Shown here piece after piece: positions 1 through 8,568 of a stretch of DNA of 27,074 nucleotides. Source of the stretch: Candidatus Bathyarchaeia archaeon (lineage in GTDB: Archaea > Thermoproteota > Bathyarchaeia > Bathyarchaeales > Bathycorpusculaceae). The translations under genes were made by a program, and so were the position numbers. The stretch is from assembly GCA_038883855.1 (NCBI GenBank), contig JAVZLH010000015.1, forward strand, positions 1-27,074, in the 5' to 3' direction. Every line of letters starts with the position of its first letter. Position 1 is the first letter of the stretch. The notes beneath the pieces were generated by a model. The model saw nothing but the letters and a program-made list of their open reading frames with translations, did no database searches and was not told where the DNA came from.

Positions 1-18
1 GGTTTCCATTTAAGTTAA

Positions 19-540
19 TTAATATTGTATTCCTTTTGTTGTAACCGTTTCCTTCGGATGCTTAACATCTACAATTTCGTTTACAAATTCTGCTCTTTCT
101 ATTAGTTCTTTGGGGGCGAATCTTCCAGTTAAAACAATATCTGTCTTCTTGGGAATCTTGTTTAGGAAATCTAAAACTTCGTTTACGTCTAAGAGCTTAC
201 AATGTAATGCCAAGTTGATTTCGTCTAAAACTAGGAGGTGCGGCTTCTTTTCTTTAACAATTTTTTCAGCAAATTTTAACGCCTTCTGCGCCAGTTTCTT
301 GTCTTCTTCGCCTAAATTGCTTAGCCCATGCCACCCTTTGCGGCCAAACTGGTAAATTTCATAGTATGGCGCAAGCATCTTTCGAATCTTATATTCGCCT
401 GTGTTCTTCCACCATTTTAAAAACTGGATTATAACAACTCGTCTTCTATGCCCGATGGAACGTAAAGCCAAACCCAAAGCGTTTGTAGTTTTCCCCGCTC
501 CAGTTCCCGTGTAAAGGTAAATATAACCCATCATCGCCAT
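19..540 (-). CDS. cobO: Cob(I)yrinic acid a,c-diamide adenosyltransferase (CobO/BtuR/CobA family)
   Basis: N-terminal YTGTGAGKTTNALGLALRSIGH P-loop, QFLK, LVLDEI, VLTGR and C-terminal KHP...KGIQY motifs. Confidence 0.9.
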   Translation of the reverse strand: MAMMGYIYLYTGTGAGKTTNALGLALRSIGHRRRVVIIQFLKWWKNTGEYKIRKMLAPYYEIYQFGRKGWHGLSNLGEEDKKLAQKALKFAEKIVKEKKPHLLVLDEINLALHCKLLDVNEVLDFLNKIPKKTDIVLTGRFAPKELIERAEFVNEIVDVKHPKETVTTKGIQY

Positions 541-667
541 CTCTGTTCTGTTAAAACATCTTATAATTCTTTCAATTATAAACCTTAAAGCAGATGATGT
601 AGAAAACCGTGAAGACAGATATTTTTATCAGAAAACACCTATTTTGTTATAGAACGAGGTGTTTTGA

Positions 668-1114
668 GTGAGAACGCAGGAAACTGGGCGAGTGTTTTCC
701 ATAGTAGGTGGAGCGTTGCTTTTTGTCGGTTTAATCTTTAGCTTAATTGTTCTTTCGGCTTTAATAGGGCCAGTTTGGCGGATCCCACCTTTTCTAAGCC
801 TTATAATCATCCTAGGAGTTTTATTGGACATGGTTTGCGGCATCATATTAATACTTGTTAAAGACGCAGTCATTTTACTAGTAGCTGGGATAATCGGGCT
901 TTTATCCTCAATAATTTTTATTGGTGGGATAATCGGCGCAATTGGTGGAATACTGGGAATCATAGGAGGTGCCTTATGCTTGTCTGCTCCATCTGCAAAA
1001 ACTCCGACCATCGCGCAGACACCAAACGCTTTTCTAAAAAAGTGTCCTAACTGCGGCAAAGAAATTCCCATAGCCTCTGAGGAATGCCCAGAGTGCGGAG
1101 CTAAACAAGGCTAA
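668..1114 (+). CDS. Small multi-pass membrane protein with C-terminal double-CxxC zinc ribbon
   Basis: 3-4 hydrophobic Gly-rich segments (GGIIGAIGGILGIIGG), then CPNCG...CPECG; GTG start. Confidence 0.72.
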   Translation: MRTQETGRVFSIVGGALLFVGLIFSLIVLSALIGPVWRIPPFLSLIIILGVLLDMVCGIILILVKDAVILLVAGIIGLLSSIIFIGGIIGAIGGILGIIGGALCLSAPSAKTPTIAQTPNAFLKKCPNCGKEIPIASEECPECGAKQG

Positions 1115-1201
1115 TGATTCTATGCGGACAACGTAATTGCCTATTTTTCAGATTAAAAAATAAATACTTTACTGCATCTATGTTCTTTGAGGAAATAATC
1201 G

Positions 1202-1612
1202 ATGAAGTATGAATATGAGGAGCTGTTGAAAAGGGCGCGTTCTCAGATTCCTGAAATTGCTTCAAAGCGCGAGCGCTTAGAATTGCCCAGGCTGCAACAT
1301 TCCACCATTGGAATGCGCACCATAATCTACAACCTTAACGATGTGGCTGATGTTTTAAACCGGGATTTACAGCATATTTTGAAGTTTTTAACTCGTGAAA
1401 TGGCTACGGCGGCGACAGTGCATGAGTCAAGAGTTATTTTCCAAGGAAAATTTTCGCGAGAAACCTTTGAAAGATTAATCCAAAGGTACATCGAAAGTTT
1501 TGTGATGTGCCCCGTTTGTAAGCGCCCAGACACAAAAATCGTGAAAGAAAAACGCTTATCGTTCATTGTCTGCGAGGCATGTGGCGCAAAATCCTCGGTC
1601 AAGCAACTATGA
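1202..1612 (+). CDS. eif2b: Translation initiation factor aIF2 subunit beta
   Basis: YEELLKRA N-terminus, LNRD..HILKFL, and YI..FVMCPVCKRPDT...CEACGA C4 zinc ribbon. Confidence 0.97.
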   Translation: MKYEYEELLKRARSQIPEIASKRERLELPRLQHSTIGMRTIIYNLNDVADVLNRDLQHILKFLTREMATAATVHESRVIFQGKFSRETFERLIQRYIESFVMCPVCKRPDTKIVKEKRLSFIVCEACGAKSSVKQL

Positions 1613-1624
1613 GAGCGTCCTTAA

Positions 1625-1921
1625 TTGCAAGTGTATATGAAGCTCAGAAAAATCGGCGGAAACGTGCTTTTAGCTATCTGCGACTGTGAAATACTTGGGA
1701 AAACGCTACATGAAGGAAAAATAACTTTTCATGTTAAAGAGGAATTTTATAAAGGCGCGAAGGTAGACGTCGAGGAGGCAATTGACATGATAGAAAACTC
1801 TAACATAGTTAACATGGTTGGGAGAAACGTCGTGAATAAAGCAATCGAAAGAGGATATGTGCACCCAGAAGCTGTGCTAACCATCGAAGGAATACCGCAC
1901 GCCCAAATCATAAAATTGTAG
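1625..1921 (+). CDS. DUF424 family protein
   Basis: LLAICDCEILGK, FYKG, NMVG, AI..GYV and I.GIPHAQ motifs; typical neighbour of aIF2b; TTG start. Confidence 0.88.
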   Translation: MQVYMKLRKIGGNVLLAICDCEILGKTLHEGKITFHVKEEFYKGAKVDVEEAIDMIENSNIVNMVGRNVVNKAIERGYVHPEAVLTIEGIPHAQIIKL

Positions 1922-1949
1922 CTGCTTGATATTTTGCAACATTATTGGG

Positions 1950-2135
1950 CTAGTTCTGTTTGGGCCTTTTTTCTATAATTAGCTTTTCTCTTTCAATTCT
2001 CACCGTTACATCTTCACCTATCTTGAATGGGAAGCTCGTATCTGAAGAAACCTCTTTGGGTATGTAAATGAAAATTTTTCTATATTTTTTGCCTCTGTCG
2101 ACGACTTTACCTTTCCCTTCTCCAGTCATAGGCAC
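1950..2135 (-). CDS. Small AbrB/MazE-like swapped-hairpin DNA-binding protein
   Basis: IFIYIPKEV..D..FPFKIGEDVTVRIEREKLIIEK matches the AbrB-fold pattern; GAGGT overlapping the GTG and just upstream of an in-frame ATG. Confidence 0.65.
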   Translation of the reverse strand: MPMTGEGKGKVVDRGKKYRKIFIYIPKEVSSDTSFPFKIGEDVTVRIEREKLIIEKRPKQN

Positions 2136-2218
2136 CTCTGCGCCCTAACATCATAAGCTTATTTCTTAATTTCAAATTTCACATTTTTGATATAAAAGTT
2201 TTAAGACAGCCACGCCAT

Positions 2219-3070
2219 TCATAGAGTCGTTTTTACAACAAATTCGCAGTATGGGTCGCCTTTCGCTATGCACCTGGTTTCCGTTACTTCCACATCTTTC
2301 CCAAAGAAACGGGTGAATATTCCAGCAATGGCGCCGCGGTAGAATTGGCTGTAGGGTCTCCCATTGTTTTCACCTAGTTCACACTCAAAATTGTCGTAAA
2401 TGCGGAATTTGGCAATGCCCTTTTTAACATCGACTTTCACTTTGTCAACTATTCCCCAGCCGAGCGTCATGTTAACCGCCTTAGCTACCTCAATTAAATC
2501 CTCAAGCCTTTCCGACTTGGCAATTTTTACGTACTCGTCGTATATTTCAAAGCCTATGGAAAAGCCTTGATAGTAGAGCATAGCTTCTCCTGCTGAGCCA
2601 AATTTTTTCCTAATACCGTCAAGTAAAGCTTCATAAACGGATTTTCTGAATATTATAACCCTTTCGCCTTCAAGCGTGATAGGAAAGAAGCAGCTGTCGT
2701 AAATAATTTTGTTTGAAGGATTTATGAGTTGAGCTTTTTTCACATATTTTTGGCTTTTAAGAATTTTCATAGCCTTTTCTGGTGATGTTTTTGATTGTGA
2801 AAAATCAAGGAAGGCTATTGCAGTTACTGTGGGCTTGTCTACACTTTCCATAGAACATTGGATGTATCTAATTGTGATGTCCAGATTTTCAGCTAATTCG
2901 GATAATTTTCGGAGTGCACCATTTCCTATCGTTGACTCAATGGCAACCCCATAAATTCTTCTGTTTCCACCGCAAACCATTATTCTGCAAATGTTAAGCG
3001 GCTTGAAAATTCCTTTAAGTTTTTGCTGTACGCCTCCTTTTATTAGTTGGTAGGCGCACAAATTGACCAC
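2219..3070 (-). CDS. ACT-like domain + V4R (4-vinyl reductase) small-ligand-binding protein
   Basis: N-terminal GALRKLSEL...ITIRYI ACT-like region; C-terminal LGWG, NFECE, RGAIAGIF, ETRCIAKGDPYCEF V4R motifs. Start position uncertain. Confidence 0.8.
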   Translation of the reverse strand: MVNLCAYQLIKGGVQQKLKGIFKPLNICRIMVCGGNRRIYGVAIESTIGNGALRKLSELAENLDITIRYIQCSMESVDKPTVTAIAFLDFSQSKTSPEKAMKILKSQKYVKKAQLINPSNKIIYDSCFFPITLEGERVIIFRKSVYEALLDGIRKKFGSAGEAMLYYQGFSIGFEIYDEYVKIAKSERLEDLIEVAKAVNMTLGWGIVDKVKVDVKKGIAKFRIYDNFECELGENNGRPYSQFYRGAIAGIFTRFFGKDVEVTETRCIAKGDPYCEFVVKTTL

Positions 3071-3153
3071 CTTGAGTAGTTACTTTGGTGTTCTAGCACA
3101 TAAACTTTGTTAACCAGGAATTAAGAGTTGGAACTTTCAGTTTCAAATAAGCA

Positions 3154-4560
3154 TTACGAGCTTTCGCTTTTAACTATTGCCTTAGTCCAGTTTCCATATT
3201 TTATCCAGAGAATGGCAACAACTCCTCCAATAACATTGCTTAAAGAAATGGCTAACCAAACTCCAAGAGAACCCATTCCAAAAGTTAGGGTCAAAAAATA
3301 GCCTAAAATTATTCTTATTCCCCAAAGTCTCAGTATTCCAACAGCTGTTGGAAAGCGCGTGTGTCCAGACCCTCTTCCAGTGGACATAGCAACCATATAT
3401 AGCCCAAAGAACGGAAGTGTCGGCAGCAAAATTAAGAGGAGTACGTCAGATTCATTTAATATTTTCGGGTCATCCGCAAAGATGTCGGCGATATTCCTCC
3501 TAAATGGATAGACTGTGCAAGCTACTATCATCATAAGAGCAAATATTAAAATGGCTGACTTGTAAGCGACCTCTCTAGCCCTTTCTGTTTTTCCTGCCCC
3601 TAAACTTTGCCCCACCATTATGGCTGGTGCTCCACCTAACCCCCAAAGTGCGGTATCTACAATGTCCAAAACCACAAACCCTATGGAGAACGCTGCGGCT
3701 ACTACTACGCCCAGCATATTGACGAGCCTGAGTTGTGTAAGAAAGGCAAAACCGTTCAGTAAGCCAAACATCAATATTGGTAAGCCTATATTAAGAACTA
3801 GCCGTGCCCACTCTGCATCTATCTCTTTGGTAAACCCCATTCTAAGCTCGGGATAATTCCTTCTAAGTATATAGGTTAAGGCGCTTATCGAAATGATTTT
3901 CCCGATAATGTCGGTGATAGCAGCACCTATAACCCCCAACCTAGGAAAAGGCCCTATGCCCAACACAAAGAATGGATCTAACGCTACATTAATTCCAACA
4001 GATATTGCATTAAATATTGCGGGTCTTTTTGTGTCTCCAACACTTTGTAGGATTGTTGTGTATGTGAGAACTATGTAAGTGAAGAAGACATCAAACGCCA
4101 TTATGCCAGAGTATCTCATGACATCTTCAAATACTTCAGCGGGAGTGTACATTAACCATGTAAAAATTAGGTCTCTAGATGCGTAGAGTAAAAGGCTTAA
4201 TGTGATTCCTGCTAAAAAGGACACGGTAAAGAAGCGTGAGGCTTCTAAACTGGCTTTCTTGTAGGCTTTACCTCCAACATACTGAGAAACTATACTTAAG
4301 CAAGCGGCTGTTAGCGCCATTACGAGTGCTTGAAAGAGCATTAAAACCGGCCACATTTGCCTAGGAACAGCCACTGCAATTTCGCTATATTGGCTAATCC
4401 AGTAGGTATCAGCTACGTTATAGGTTACAACTACGAGCTGATTTACAAGCGGGGGAGCCCCTAACCAAACAAGTGTGCGGATGATTGGTCCGTTAACAAT
4501 TTTATCTCTGTACTTGCCTATTTCGCGTAGTTCCGGTGACGTTTCAAGCTCGTCAGACAT
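3154..4560 (-). CDS. MATE family efflux transporter
   Basis: About 12 TMs; YNVADTYW, GDTKRP, NVALDPFFVLG, LGVIGAAIT and GQSLGAG motifs. Confidence 0.95.
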   Translation of the reverse strand: MSDELETSPELREIGKYRDKIVNGPIIRTLVWLGAPPLVNQLVVVTYNVADTYWISQYSEIAVAVPRQMWPVLMLFQALVMALTAACLSIVSQYVGGKAYKKASLEASRFFTVSFLAGITLSLLLYASRDLIFTWLMYTPAEVFEDVMRYSGIMAFDVFFTYIVLTYTTILQSVGDTKRPAIFNAISVGINVALDPFFVLGIGPFPRLGVIGAAITDIIGKIISISALTYILRRNYPELRMGFTKEIDAEWARLVLNIGLPILMFGLLNGFAFLTQLRLVNMLGVVVAAAFSIGFVVLDIVDTALWGLGGAPAIMVGQSLGAGKTERAREVAYKSAILIFALMMIVACTVYPFRRNIADIFADDPKILNESDVLLLILLPTLPFFGLYMVAMSTGRGSGHTRFPTAVGILRLWGIRIILGYFLTLTFGMGSLGVWLAISLSNVIGGVVAILWIKYGNWTKAIVKSESS

Positions 4561-4786
4561 CGCTTTTTTGAGCTTTGAGCAATCTTAAAAGCTTTAGTGT
4601 GAGTTTTAATTTGTTTTAATGTTACTCGTTCTCCTGCCTTATAAAACTAGGAAAAGTTCAGTATGCTGGCTGCACACCTTCTATTGTCTCTTTGGTAGGT
4701 TTTAATCTTGGTTGTTTAATCGTGGAAAATAAACATGCTTTTAAGGGAGATCAGCTATCTTTTAAAGGAAGCTTTGAGGTGCTTGA

Positions 4787-5092
4787 TTGGGTAAGAAGAA
4801 GGTCATAACTGAAGAAGAGTTAAGTGAGATGGTGCTTCCATCCGAAAACGACGTGTTAGGAATAGCTGTTAAACTGCTTGGTTTTGACCGTGTTCTCGTT
4901 AAGTGCCAAGACGGTCATGAACGTTTGTGTCGCATTCGCGGCAAGATGAAGCGAAGGGTGTGGATAAGGGAAGGTGACGTTGTTCTGGTTTCTCCATGGG
5001 ATTTTCAATCTGATAGCCGCGGCGACTTGATTTGGCGTTACACTCACTCGCAGGCTGAGTGGCTTAGAAAAAAAGGGTATTTGACAATTTAG
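4787..5092 (+). CDS. eif1A: Translation initiation factor aIF1A
   Basis: LLG..RV.VKC.DG.ERLCRIRGKMKRRVWIREGDVVLVSPWDFQ; GAGGT RBS before a TTG start. Confidence 0.97.
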   Translation: MGKKKVITEEELSEMVLPSENDVLGIAVKLLGFDRVLVKCQDGHERLCRIRGKMKRRVWIREGDVVLVSPWDFQSDSRGDLIWRYTHSQAEWLRKKGYLTI

Positions 5093-5107
5093 TTGCGTGG
5101 TAGTTAA

Positions 5108-5905
5108 TTGTCTTTTCGCGAGCATGTTAGGAAAAAACTCCTCAAAGAAGAGAAAGAATATGAAACTGAACAGTTGATGAAGGAAAAACGCAGCGAAGAA
5201 TACGAAGTTCTAGAAGAAGTTTTTGACCGTTCAACGCTTATGGTTATTTATGATTTTATGAATAAGGGCACAATAAGTGAAATTCACGGTGTTGTTAAAG
5301 CTGGAAAAGAATCTCGGGTTTACTGGGGCAAAGATAAAGACGGAAATGAACTGGCAATCAAGATTTACCTAACAGTTTCAGCCGAATTCCGCAAAGGCAT
5401 GTTAAAATACATAGAAGGCGACCCACGGTTTAAAGGCGTTAGACGAGACACGCGCTCATTAATTTTCGCGTGGGCTCAAAAAGAATACAAAAATCTGGAA
5501 CAGGCGATGGCGGCAAAGGTTAGGGTTCCAAAGCCAATAGCCGTGAAAAACAACGTGCTTATAATGCAGTTTATAGGGAAAAACGGTGTTTGCGCTCCCT
5601 CATTGAAAGATAAACCGCCGAAAAATCCGCAGCGCGTCTACAAAACGCTTTTGAGCTATTTGCAGAGGCTTTATCGCAAGGCTGAGCTTGTCCACGGAGA
5701 CATAAGCGAATACAACGTGATGATTTGGAAGGGGCTTCCAGTGCTTTTTGACATGTCGCAAGCTGTTCCGCTATCGCATCCGATGGCTACTTTCCTACTT
5801 TACAGGGATTTAAACAACTTAAACAAGTTTTTTAGTAGGCTCGGTGTTCAAGTTCCTTCAGTAGAGGAATGTTACAGGTTGGTTACTGGCTATGGCGAGA
5901 CCTAG
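5108..5905 (+). CDS. rio1: Rio1 atypical Ser/Thr kinase
   Basis: AGKESRVY, AIKIY, YIEGDPRF, WAQKEYKNL, LVHGDISEYN and FDMSQAV motifs; downstream of aIF1A. Confidence 0.96.
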   Translation: MSFREHVRKKLLKEEKEYETEQLMKEKRSEEYEVLEEVFDRSTLMVIYDFMNKGTISEIHGVVKAGKESRVYWGKDKDGNELAIKIYLTVSAEFRKGMLKYIEGDPRFKGVRRDTRSLIFAWAQKEYKNLEQAMAAKVRVPKPIAVKNNVLIMQFIGKNGVCAPSLKDKPPKNPQRVYKTLLSYLQRLYRKAELVHGDISEYNVMIWKGLPVLFDMSQAVPLSHPMATFLLYRDLNNLNKFFSRLGVQVPSVEECYRLVTGYGET

Positions 5906-6473
5906 CGCATTTCTGAAAATTCCGAAAGAAAGAATCGGCGTCTTAATCGGTCCAGAAGGCGCTGTGAAAAAGAGCATTGAAGAAAAGCTTAAAGTTGAGC
6001 TCCAAATCGACAGCGCCACAGGCGACGTTGCTGTTACGTTGACGGAAAAGGCTGAAGACCCTTCCATGCTTTTCAAAGCCAAAGATGTTGTAACAGCCAT
6101 TGGGAGAGGTTTCTCGCCTGAACATGCCTTCCGCTTAATTCGAGACGAAAATGCCCTTTTGGATGTCGTAGATTTGAGGGATTTCTGTGGAAGATCAGAA
6201 TCAGACATTAAACGCATTAAGGGACGAATAATAGGGATGGATGGAAAAACCCGCCGAATAATTGAAGAGTTAACAGACACTAACGTTGCCGTTTATGGAC
6301 ATACAGTTAGCATAATAGGCGATGTGGAGCAAACGCAAATAGCAAGGGAAGCAATACAAATGCTGATTCGAGGAAGCCAACACAGCACAGTTTACAGATT
6401 CCTTCACAGAAAACGCAGTGAGCTTAAGAAGAGAATGCTAGAATTGTGGGAAAAGCCACCAGAAGAAAGATGA
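5892..6473 (+). CDS. dim2: KH-domain pre-rRNA processing protein (Dim2/Pno1)
   Basis: RIGVLIGPEG, AIGRGFSPE, KGRIIG.DGKTRRIIE and G..HSTVY motifs; conserved aIF1A-Rio1-Dim2 order. Confidence 0.93.
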   Translation: MARPSAFLKIPKERIGVLIGPEGAVKKSIEEKLKVELQIDSATGDVAVTLTEKAEDPSMLFKAKDVVTAIGRGFSPEHAFRLIRDENALLDVVDLRDFCGRSESDIKRIKGRIIGMDGKTRRIIEELTDTNVAVYGHTVSIIGDVEQTQIAREAIQMLIRGSQHSTVYRFLHRKRSELKKRMLELWEKPPEER

Positions 6474-6476
6474 GAG

Positions 6477-6550
6477 AGGCGGGCTCTTCGCACTCAAGAT
6501 CCCAATCATTATGAGTTCAGCGGGGCCAGAGTCGTCATTGCCCACCGCCT
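6477..6550 (-). ncRNA. Candidate box C/D guide sRNA
   Basis: GC-rich intergenic island. Minus strand reads AGGCGGTGGGC-A-ATGACGA(C box)-CTCTGGCCCCG-CTGA(D')-ACTCATA-ATGATT(C')-GGGATCTTGAGT-GCGAAGA(degenerate D)-GCCCGCCT. Terminal stem present; TTTTTAT about 25 nt upstream. Confidence 0.65.
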
Positions 6551-6589
6551 AGAAATAAAGTTTCAGACTAAGATAAAAATGTATAGGAA

Positions 6590-7597
6590 TTGGGCGTTTG
6601 CGTGTTGAAAGGCGTGTTAAAGCATATGCGTGTTGTTCCGTTGGCTGCTGAAAGTTTCGGCGTTAGGTCTATGTGCACTTATGTTGAAACTTCGGATGTT
6701 AAAATTCTTTTGGATGCTGGGGTTTCGCTTTGTCCAAACCGTTTTGGTTTGCCTCCGCATCCAAGAGAGTTTAAAGCTATAATGGAGTGTAGGCAAAGGA
6801 TTGCCGAGGCTGCTGAAAAAGCTGAAATCGTGACTTTAAGCCACTACCATTTTGACCATCACACGCCTTCTTATGAGGATTGGCTTTGCAACTGGACTGA
6901 GGCGGATGAGACTGCAAGGCAAATTTACGATGGTAAATTGGTTTTGCTAAAGAATCCGAAAGAAAAAATTAACTTTAGTCAGAGGCGCCGAGGATGGGTT
7001 TTCCAAAAAACAGGCGGAAAATACGCAAAAAGAATCGAGATTGCGGATGGAAAAACCTTTCTTTATGGAGATACGCGGATTAGGTTTTCAGAGCCAGTAT
7101 ATCATGGACCAGAAAACTCAAACTTAGGGTGGGTTTTAATGGCGGCGGTTGAGTGCCAGAATGAGAAGTTTATGTTTGCGCCAGATGTTCAAGGCCCAAT
7201 GGCGCCGCGCACGATGGAAATCATTGTTGAAGAGAAGCCTCAGTTGCTGATGATTGGTGGACCACCCTTGTATTTGGAAAAGTTTAGGGTTGACTCGGAA
7301 CAAATTGAGGTTGGGCTTAGAAACCTTGAAAAAATTGTTGAGGTTGTGCCATGCATGGTTTTGGAGCATCACATTTTGAGGGATGAAAACTGGCGTGAAA
7401 AGGCTAAACGTGTTTTTGAGAAAGCGCGGGTTGTTGGGCATAGGGTTTTGACGGCCGCCGAATACAGGGGTGAAAAGAACGCTTTCTTAGAGGCTGAACG
7501 GAAGAGACTTTTTGTTAAGGAGCCGCCGTCACGGGAGTTTGAAAGGTGGATGCGTGAGAGCATAAAGGCGAAGAAGATGGTTAAGCCGCCAATTTAG
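6590..7597 (+). CDS. Metallo-beta-lactamase fold hydrolase (UPF0282-like)
   Basis: AAESFGVRSM, LDAGVSL, SHYHFDH, HG, DVQGP, GGPP and EHHILRD motifs. True start may be downstream (e.g. ATG 6626). Confidence 0.85.
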   Translation: MGVCVLKGVLKHMRVVPLAAESFGVRSMCTYVETSDVKILLDAGVSLCPNRFGLPPHPREFKAIMECRQRIAEAAEKAEIVTLSHYHFDHHTPSYEDWLCNWTEADETARQIYDGKLVLLKNPKEKINFSQRRRGWVFQKTGGKYAKRIEIADGKTFLYGDTRIRFSEPVYHGPENSNLGWVLMAAVECQNEKFMFAPDVQGPMAPRTMEIIVEEKPQLLMIGGPPLYLEKFRVDSEQIEVGLRNLEKIVEVVPCMVLEHHILRDENWREKAKRVFEKARVVGHRVLTAAEYRGEKNAFLEAERKRLFVKEPPSREFERWMRESIKAKKMVKPPI

Positions 7598-8250
7598 AAG
7601 TATAGGGAGTGGAAGAGTTTGGGTTTTTTCCCGTTTTCTTTTCTGTAAAAAAGGACGAATCTGTTGATTGCCATCTCCATTATTGTCAACAGCTCCTCGA
7701 CTGGCACGTTTGCATCTTTTATTTCTTCTCCTATAAGCATTGTTGCGCCTGAGGGTATTCCTTCCTCTCCCTGCCAATAAGCCGCCCTTATCCTCACGCC
7801 GTTAAATGGAGTTGCTTCGAAGCTCCATGTGGCGTTTGAATGCTCAACCATAATGCCGCCAATCTTTTTAACAGCAGCCGCAACCTCTTCAAGCGTTGCT
7901 CCGTCCATTTCCGTTGCCAGAAAGGTAGCTATCCGCTTCTCGTATAGTTTCGCTGTTTGTCCGCCTGGCAACTGTGTCAAACTGATCAAACCGCCTTTAT
8001 GATTGGCTGATTTGCCTATGGGGACTCTTTCAAGGGCGTTAAGCAAATAAACAAGCAGTCTCGAAGAGTCTTCCTCCCTATTTAACGGGTCTTCCACACG
8101 CGCTTCCACATCACCGTCTGCTGCAACCAATTTGTAATTTATTCCAAGAACAAAAGCCTCTAACCCTTTTGGATTATTTGCTTGCGCTGTCTTATTAATT
8201 ATGGAGACAAGCCTAGCTTTAACATCTTGTCTAAGCTGCATATAAATCAT
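7594..8250 (-). CDS. DUF3786-like protein
   Basis: LLVYLL...LISLTQLPGG...Y and P...V.I.AAYWQGEEGIPSGATML resemble DUF3786. Start probably ATG 8250 or 8241 rather than 8268. Confidence 0.6.
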   Translation of the reverse strand: MIYMQLRQDVKARLVSIINKTAQANNPKGLEAFVLGINYKLVAADGDVEARVEDPLNREEDSSRLLVYLLNALERVPIGKSANHKGGLISLTQLPGGQTAKLYEKRIATFLATEMDGATLEEVAAAVKKIGGIMVEHSNATWSFEATPFNGVRIRAAYWQGEEGIPSGATMLIGEEIKDANVPVEELLTIMEMAINRFVLFYRKENGKKPKLFHSLYF

Positions 8251-8349
8251 CCAAAAATTGTTTGGCAAAAATACTTTTCCATTTCTGGCACACTACACTT
8301 AAAACTCCAAAACACACTCCTAAAGCCTCTAGGGTTAGGATACTGTATA

Positions 8350-8441
8350 TGGGGCCGAGGCCGGGATTTGAACCCGGGCGCCGGGCTTTCCATCGATTTC
8401 GTCCACAGGCCCGTAGGCTTCCAGGCTACCTCACCTCGGCC
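8350..8441 (-). tRNA. tRNA-His(GUG) with 15-nt intron, encoded G-1 and encoded CCA
   Basis: G-GCCGAGG acceptor pairs with CCTCGGC-C-CCA; anticodon stem CGGGC/GCCCG with loop CT-GTG-G^A; T arm CCGGG-TTCAAAT-CCCGG. Confidence 0.96.
8388..8402 (-). other. tRNA intron at canonical position 37/38 (bulge-helix-bulge)
   Basis: Intron ACGAAATCGATGGAA. CUGU(32-35) pairs with intron AUGG, flanked by 3-nt bulges GG^A and AA^A. Confidence 0.9.
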
Positions 8442-8568
8442 ACCTTTTAGGTGGATGCTTGCCCTATTTGTTGTCAATTTTCCTTTTTTCTCTTTCGGAA
8501 AAATTGTCTATTGGGCTTGGAAAGTCTTAATTCCTTTTTGTTAAATTCAATATTGAATATAGGCGGAA

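Noticed and set aside
1121-1129. TATGCGGAC matching half of the repeat dyad
   Set aside because: Only 9 bp and the other half is absent; plausible by chance.
4787-4789. TTG start of aIF1A as autoregulation of start-codon fidelity
   Set aside because: TTG/GTG starts are common throughout this window, so it is not specific.
8350-8375. tRNA-His 3' end as an integration (att) site
   Set aside because: No duplicate of the tRNA end and no integrase in the window.
8182-8544. Short ORFs over the tRNA-His locus and the many antisense shadow ORFs elsewhere
   Set aside because: They overlap well-supported genes and show no motifs.
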